From: Trichosphaerium sp. ATCC 40318
Taxonomy: Eukaryota; Protista; Tubulinea
NCBI GenBank assembly: GCA_038496445.1
Contig: JALMLS010000179.1
Coordinates: 124,001 to 188,000 of the forward strand
Direction of reading: 5' to 3'
DNA length: 64,000 nt
Shown here piece by piece: positions 61,601 through 64,000 of the stretch. The notes under the pieces are model-generated. The model made no database searches, was not told the origin of the DNA, and worked only from the letters and a program-made list of their open reading frames with translations. The position numbers and the translations under genes are program-made. Each line of letters starts with the position of its first letter. The stretch's first letter is position 1.

Positions 61601-64000
61601 CTGTTTATTCTAACAAAACCTTTTGAATAGGTAAAATGCTCAATGTAAGAGATGCTAGTGATAAGCAAGTTGCAAATAACGCTGAAATTAGCAATATTCA
61701 GACGATATTAGGTATGTTGTTTGTTTTGTGCGCTTTGGTTTTTTAAGACAGTTGTATTAATTATGCTTTTCTAAAATACAGGCTTGAACCATAAATATGA
61801 TTATACTCAAGAGAATCATTTCAAGAAATTACGTTATGGTAAAGTAATGCTCATGACTGATCAAGATACTGATGGTTCACATATCAAGGTAATTAAGCAC
61901 TCAAGCAATTCAACCGTTTTTAACATTTTGTTAGGGTTTATTCCTTAATTACTTGCAAAATTTCTGGCCTGCATTGGTTGAAAGTGGCGAATTTATTGAA
62001 GAGTTTATCACGCCTATTGTTAAAGTATTCAGAGGAAGTAAAGCAGTCCAGCAGTTCTTTAGATTGGCTGAATACAATAAATGGAAATTAACACTTGATG
62101 AAGGAAGTCTTTCAAAGTACCGTATTAAGTACTACAAAGGTTTAGGTACGTGTTTTTAATTTTCATCTGTCCGCGTGTAAATAGTCACATGGGTTTTCTA
62201 AATGTTTTGGCAAATCACGTGATATTTTGGTTGCAAAGATACAAGAGTTTAATTTCTTTTTTTTTAGGTACAAATACTGCAGATGAAGCAAAGGCTTACT
62301 TTAAAAACCTTAAAAAACATCGTATTGGAATAAAATGGGATGACCGTGGTAAAGAGTCTATTGAACTAGCGTTCCAAAAGGACTTGGCTGATGACCGTAA
62401 GGTACTGTATTACAAAGAGATCTTCAAAACTAGGCTGTTTTTCTTATTTTTTTCTTAGACTTGGTTATCTTCTAAACCAATGGAAAAAGAAGACGAAATT
62501 CGTGACGGCGGTGTTGTATCTGTATCGAATTTTATTGATTCTGATATTCGTGAATATTCTCATTCTAATAATATTCGGTCGATTCCAAGCGTTATTGACG
62601 GACTCAAGCCCTCACAAAGAAAAGTTTTGTTTTCTTGTTTCAAGAGAAACTTGACGAAAGAGATAAAGGTACTTAATTTCTTTCGCTCTTTTTTCAATTG
62701 TTGTTGCTTTGTTATTGTGTATTTATTCTATTAGGTCGCTCAACTTGCTGGATATGTTTCAGAGCATGCTGCATACCATCATGGGTACGTTAGAGCAAAA
62801 ATTTTAAAAACATTTTGAAGTATTGAGTGATTTTTTATTTGTTTATTTTTTTGCTTTTAGTGAAATGTCATTGCAAGCAACAATTATTGGTATGGCGCAA
62901 GATTATGTTGGTGCAAATAATATGCCGTTACTTTATCCTTCAGGTCAATTTGGTACACGTTCAATGGTACGTCTTCACTCTGAGTTAAAATGCAATTAAA
63001 CAACAATCCACTAAATTATACACTGAAACTAATGTACTGAAAAGGGCGGTAAAGATGCTGCATCAGCGCGTTACATATTCACCCGAATGGCCAAGTACAC
63101 AAGAGATCTTTTCCCAGACGCAGATGACAATATCTTGAATTATTTAGACGATGATGGTTTCTCAATTGGTACGCTTCAACAAAACCATCAGAAAGGGTTA
63201 TCGCAGCCTTACTTATTTTTAATATAGAACCGGAATATTATGTACCTATTATACCTACAGTACTTGTAAATGGTACAGCTGGTATTGGTACAGGATGGAG
63301 CACAACAGTTCCAATGTATAATCCAAAAGAAATTATAGATAATCTTCGTCTTAAGTTAGAGAACAAACCAATGAATGATATGTTACCTTGGTACAAGGGT
63401 TTCACAGGAACAATAGAAAGAGAACCAGAAGTACGTATAAAGAATCTCTAGAGAGTAGAAAAATCGCGCTAATCTCTTGACACTTAGAGCGAGCATAAAA
63501 TCATTACAACAGGTGTTGCAATGCCTGCAGGAGAAGATACTATGGAGATTTCTGAACTTCCTATTAATAAGTGGACAAGCGACTACAAGGCATTGCTTGT
63601 TAAACTGGCAAAACAGGAGACAAAGACGGACGATTATTACAAACCAGCTTTAGTTCAAGGATTCTCAGAGTTGCATACTAACAATAAAGTTTGCTTCAGA
63701 GTTGGTGTTACAGACATCAAAATGAACAGAATGGTGAAAGCTAAAGGTACGTCTTAAACACTCATTGGTATTTAGACTTAATGCAAGCACTCAAAAATAA
63801 CATCAAAGCAGTGCGCCAGCGGTGATGGCAAAAACCTGTTTTCCACTTTTTCTTATTTTTTTCTTAAGACGTATCTTGTTGTGTTTTGACTCTCTTTCTT
63901 AGGTGGCCTTGAGAAGCGTTTTAACTTGAAAACAAATCTATCTACAGCTAACATGCATCTATTCGATGCTAAAGGACAACTAAAACATTATCAGTCTCCT
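58682..64000 (+). CDS. TOP2: DNA topoisomerase II (type IIA), probably mitochondrial; runs off the window end
   Basis: [18 protein letters not shown]|[20 protein letters not shown]|[24 protein letters not shown]|[45 protein letters not shown] (catalytic Tyr). Confidence 0.97.

Noticed and set aside
1-64000. Alternative genetic code or stop-codon readthrough as the cause of fragmented ORFs
   Set aside because: In the conserved genes I traced, breaks are resolved by short phase-consistent introns, and TAA, TAG and TGA all occur as true stops.
1-64000. CRISPR arrays, operons, rRNA or tRNA genes
   Set aside because: The DNA is eukaryotic and intron-rich. I saw no repeat-spacer array and recognised no rRNA or tRNA, but no covariance search was possible.

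Overview
Gene-dense, AT-rich eukaryotic nuclear DNA with many short spliceosomal introns (mostly 40-120 nt) and the standard genetic code. The gene content (actin-fragmin kinase, mitochondrial-type TOP2, class C Grl-like GPCRs, MIT-arrestin, expansins) points to a protist, most likely an amoebozoan (inference). About 25 genes were reconstructed by hand-splicing, so exon boundaries are my reading. Main observations: (1) one gene that appears to fuse an AlkB-type 2OG-Fe(II) dioxygenase, an F-box and a degenerate actin fold (5546-8750); (2) its last coding exon overlaps the last coding exon of an arylsulfatase in antisense for 56 nt; (3) unusual splicing signals, including U12-type introns (two in tandem-duplicated GPCR genes), at least nine GC-AG introns mostly starting GCACGT, frequent C at donor +4 and frequent AAG acceptors; (4) a strong window-wide excess of CACGTG; (5) a head-to-head MTHFR/MtnB pair in which the MTHFR SAM-binding regulatory motifs are degenerate; (6) a full BRCT-Myb-RCT RAP1 homologue; (7) a haem peroxidase carrying two bacterial-like beta-sandwich repeats.
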